Origin: a virus
Direction: 5' to 3' (one strand)
Length of the DNA stretch: 64,000 nt
Virus record (IMG/VR): IMGVR_UViG_3300045988_023906
This document shows positions 63,012 to 64,000 of the stretch, piece after piece. Made by a program: the position numbers and the translations under genes. Each line of letters starts with the position of its first letter. Position 1 is the first letter of the stretch. Below the pieces are notes generated by a model. The model was not told the DNA's origin and made no database searches. It worked only from the letters and a program-made list of their open reading frames with translations.

Positions 63012-63329
63012 TTACAATGTATTTAACCATTCTCTTAAATCATTAGAACCAGTTTCATTAATACCCACAGGAACTCTTGGTCTGGAAGTGAGATAAGAAG
63101 AAAGCTCTTCTCCTATCACAAAAGGACTTCTCATTTCTATTTGGTCATTCTTTCCAAACTTCAATGTACCTGCTGCCTGTGTAAATGGACAAGTCCACAC
63201 CAATGGGACAAGGATTCTCCTATTGACTACAATGAAATCATAGTCAAGCAGCTTGAAGTCTTTGAAGTACTCATCCTTATCCATATTCTGCCTTATAATA
63301 GCCCAATATAGTCTGGCTTGAATATCCAT
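63012..63329 (-). CDS. 3' exon of an intron-split gene; PD-(D/E)XK-nuclease-like C-terminus (tentative)
   Basis: The ORF lies immediately downstream of a group I intron core. The frame is open 7 codons upstream of the ATG (RLIWKIMDIQARLYWAI), and IQARLYWAI looks like a QxxxY motif. Exon 1 lies beyond the window. Confidence 0.4.
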   Translation of the reverse strand: MDIQARLYWAIIRQNMDKDEYFKDFKLLDYDFIVVNRRILVPLVWTCPFTQAAGTLKFGKNDQIEMRSPFVIGEELSSYLTSRPRVPVGINETGSNDLREWLNTL

Positions 63330-64000
63330 TATCTTCCAGATAAGTCGTTAATTTATCTGCGTTCTCTTATGAACTGCTATATGTTACCATATAGATGAGA
63401 CTATATCATCATCCTAATTTCTTAGGAGCCTCGCACTTCCACTCACTTGAGTGTACTCCCATAAAGGGATAGTCGTTGCACCTTCCTTATTATTAAGGCT
63501 TGGCTCAGGATTGTCCTAGAATAACCCATTTATATATTATAGGCTGTTATATTTCAAACAATTTTAGACCTATATATTAAATTTCAAGTCTTAGGATGTT
63601 CCCTGAATTCACGAGGTTTTTTATTATTGCAGATTACTCTGCCGAGATACAATATTCTTTATATTTATTATATTTTCTTTGAAGATATATAGTAGCATCC
63701 TGATATAGATAATCAAGTATTCTTTTACATACATTCTTTCCACTATAGTGAATAGTGACAGCAATAGTAGACTTTCTATGCTTTAGCCCATTATCAACAA
63801 CTCCTACATTATTTATTAAATGCTCTTGCATTTTTCTAAGAGGATTTTCCATTCCAGTAATATTAAATTGGTAAATTAGACTATTTTCAGTTCTATCTTT
63901 TCTTTTTGTTACAGAAAAACAGCCATCACCATCATAATACCCTCTTATAAAATGTCTCATTAATTTATAATCTAATTGAGGAATTTGCAATGTGTAAGTC
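63330..64000 (-). mobile_element. group I intron (3' part; 5' end outside window) carrying a LAGLIDADG ORF
   Basis: On the minus strand, downstream of the ORF, all four core elements appear: P-like gaaTTCAGGGAAcatcc (63591-63610), Q-like cAATCCTGAGCc (63502-63513), R-like gGTGCAACGACTATCC (63467-63482) and S-like GATGATATAGTCTC (63397-63410). Two GNRA-capped hairpins are also present. Confidence 0.7.
63634..64000 (-). CDS. LAGLIDADG homing endonuclease (C-terminal half; ORF open to window end)
   Basis: LMRHFIRGYYDGDGCFSV is a LAGLIDADG motif. The frame stays open upstream of the track's TTG start to nt 64000. Confidence 0.7.
   Translation of the reverse strand, partial: TYTLQIPQLDYKLMRHFIRGYYDGDGCFSVTKRKDRTENSLIYQFNITGMENPLRKMQEHLINNVGVVDNGLKHRKSTIAVTIHYSGKNVCKRILDYLYQDATIYLQRKYNKYKEYCISAE

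Noticed and set aside
1-64000. Stop-codon reassignment (TAG or TGA recoding known in some crAss-like lineages)
   Set aside because: All three giant ORFs (7.2, 4.4 and 6.8 kb) and every conserved enzyme are uninterrupted under the standard code, and all three stop codons are used at plausible gene ends.
1-64000. tRNA genes, CRISPR arrays, integrase or lysogeny module
   Set aside because: I saw no T-loop-like GTTCRAAT boxes in intergenic DNA, no regularly spaced direct repeats, and no tyrosine or serine recombinase motifs. A proper tRNAscan and repeat scan is still advisable.

Overview
AT-rich 64-kb stretch of a crAss-like (Crassvirales-type) podophage genome. The host is probably a Bacteroidota, because CTTG-N20-TAYCTTTGC promoters of the Bacteroides -33/-7 type recur. 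The plus strand (1-38614) carries the 3' part of a GIY-YIG-type homing endonuclease, then the portal and a cluster of tail-fibre genes with an embedded membrane-protein/DUF5675-like trio. It continues with a receptor-binding fibre whose C-terminus is a DGR variable region, a scaffold-like protein, the major capsid protein, about 10 conserved virion genes and a 1453-aa tail protein. The plus-strand block ends with presumed ejected cargo proteins: one with a lysozyme domain, and a 2396-aa giant with a C-terminal PD-(D/E)XK nuclease domain. The minus strand (38669-64000) carries a 1473-aa giant, the 2280-aa virion RNA polymerase (DFDID motif), then tightly packed nucleotide-metabolism and replication genes. 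These are ThyX, HicA-like, a frameshifted Pnk-like kinase, DUF3310, a family A DNA polymerase, a retropepsin-like protease, dUTPase, NrdG and NrdD. Free-standing HNH endonuclease genes are interspersed among them, and a group I intron carrying a LAGLIDADG ORF sits at the window edge. The most notable observation is a textbook adenine-only VR/TR pair (diversity-generating retroelement) at the 3' end of fibre gene 10112..12208 with no intact reverse transcriptase beside it, only an RT-like N-terminal stub. I found no tRNA, CRISPR array or integrase. The standard genetic code is sufficient, since the giant ORFs are uninterrupted.
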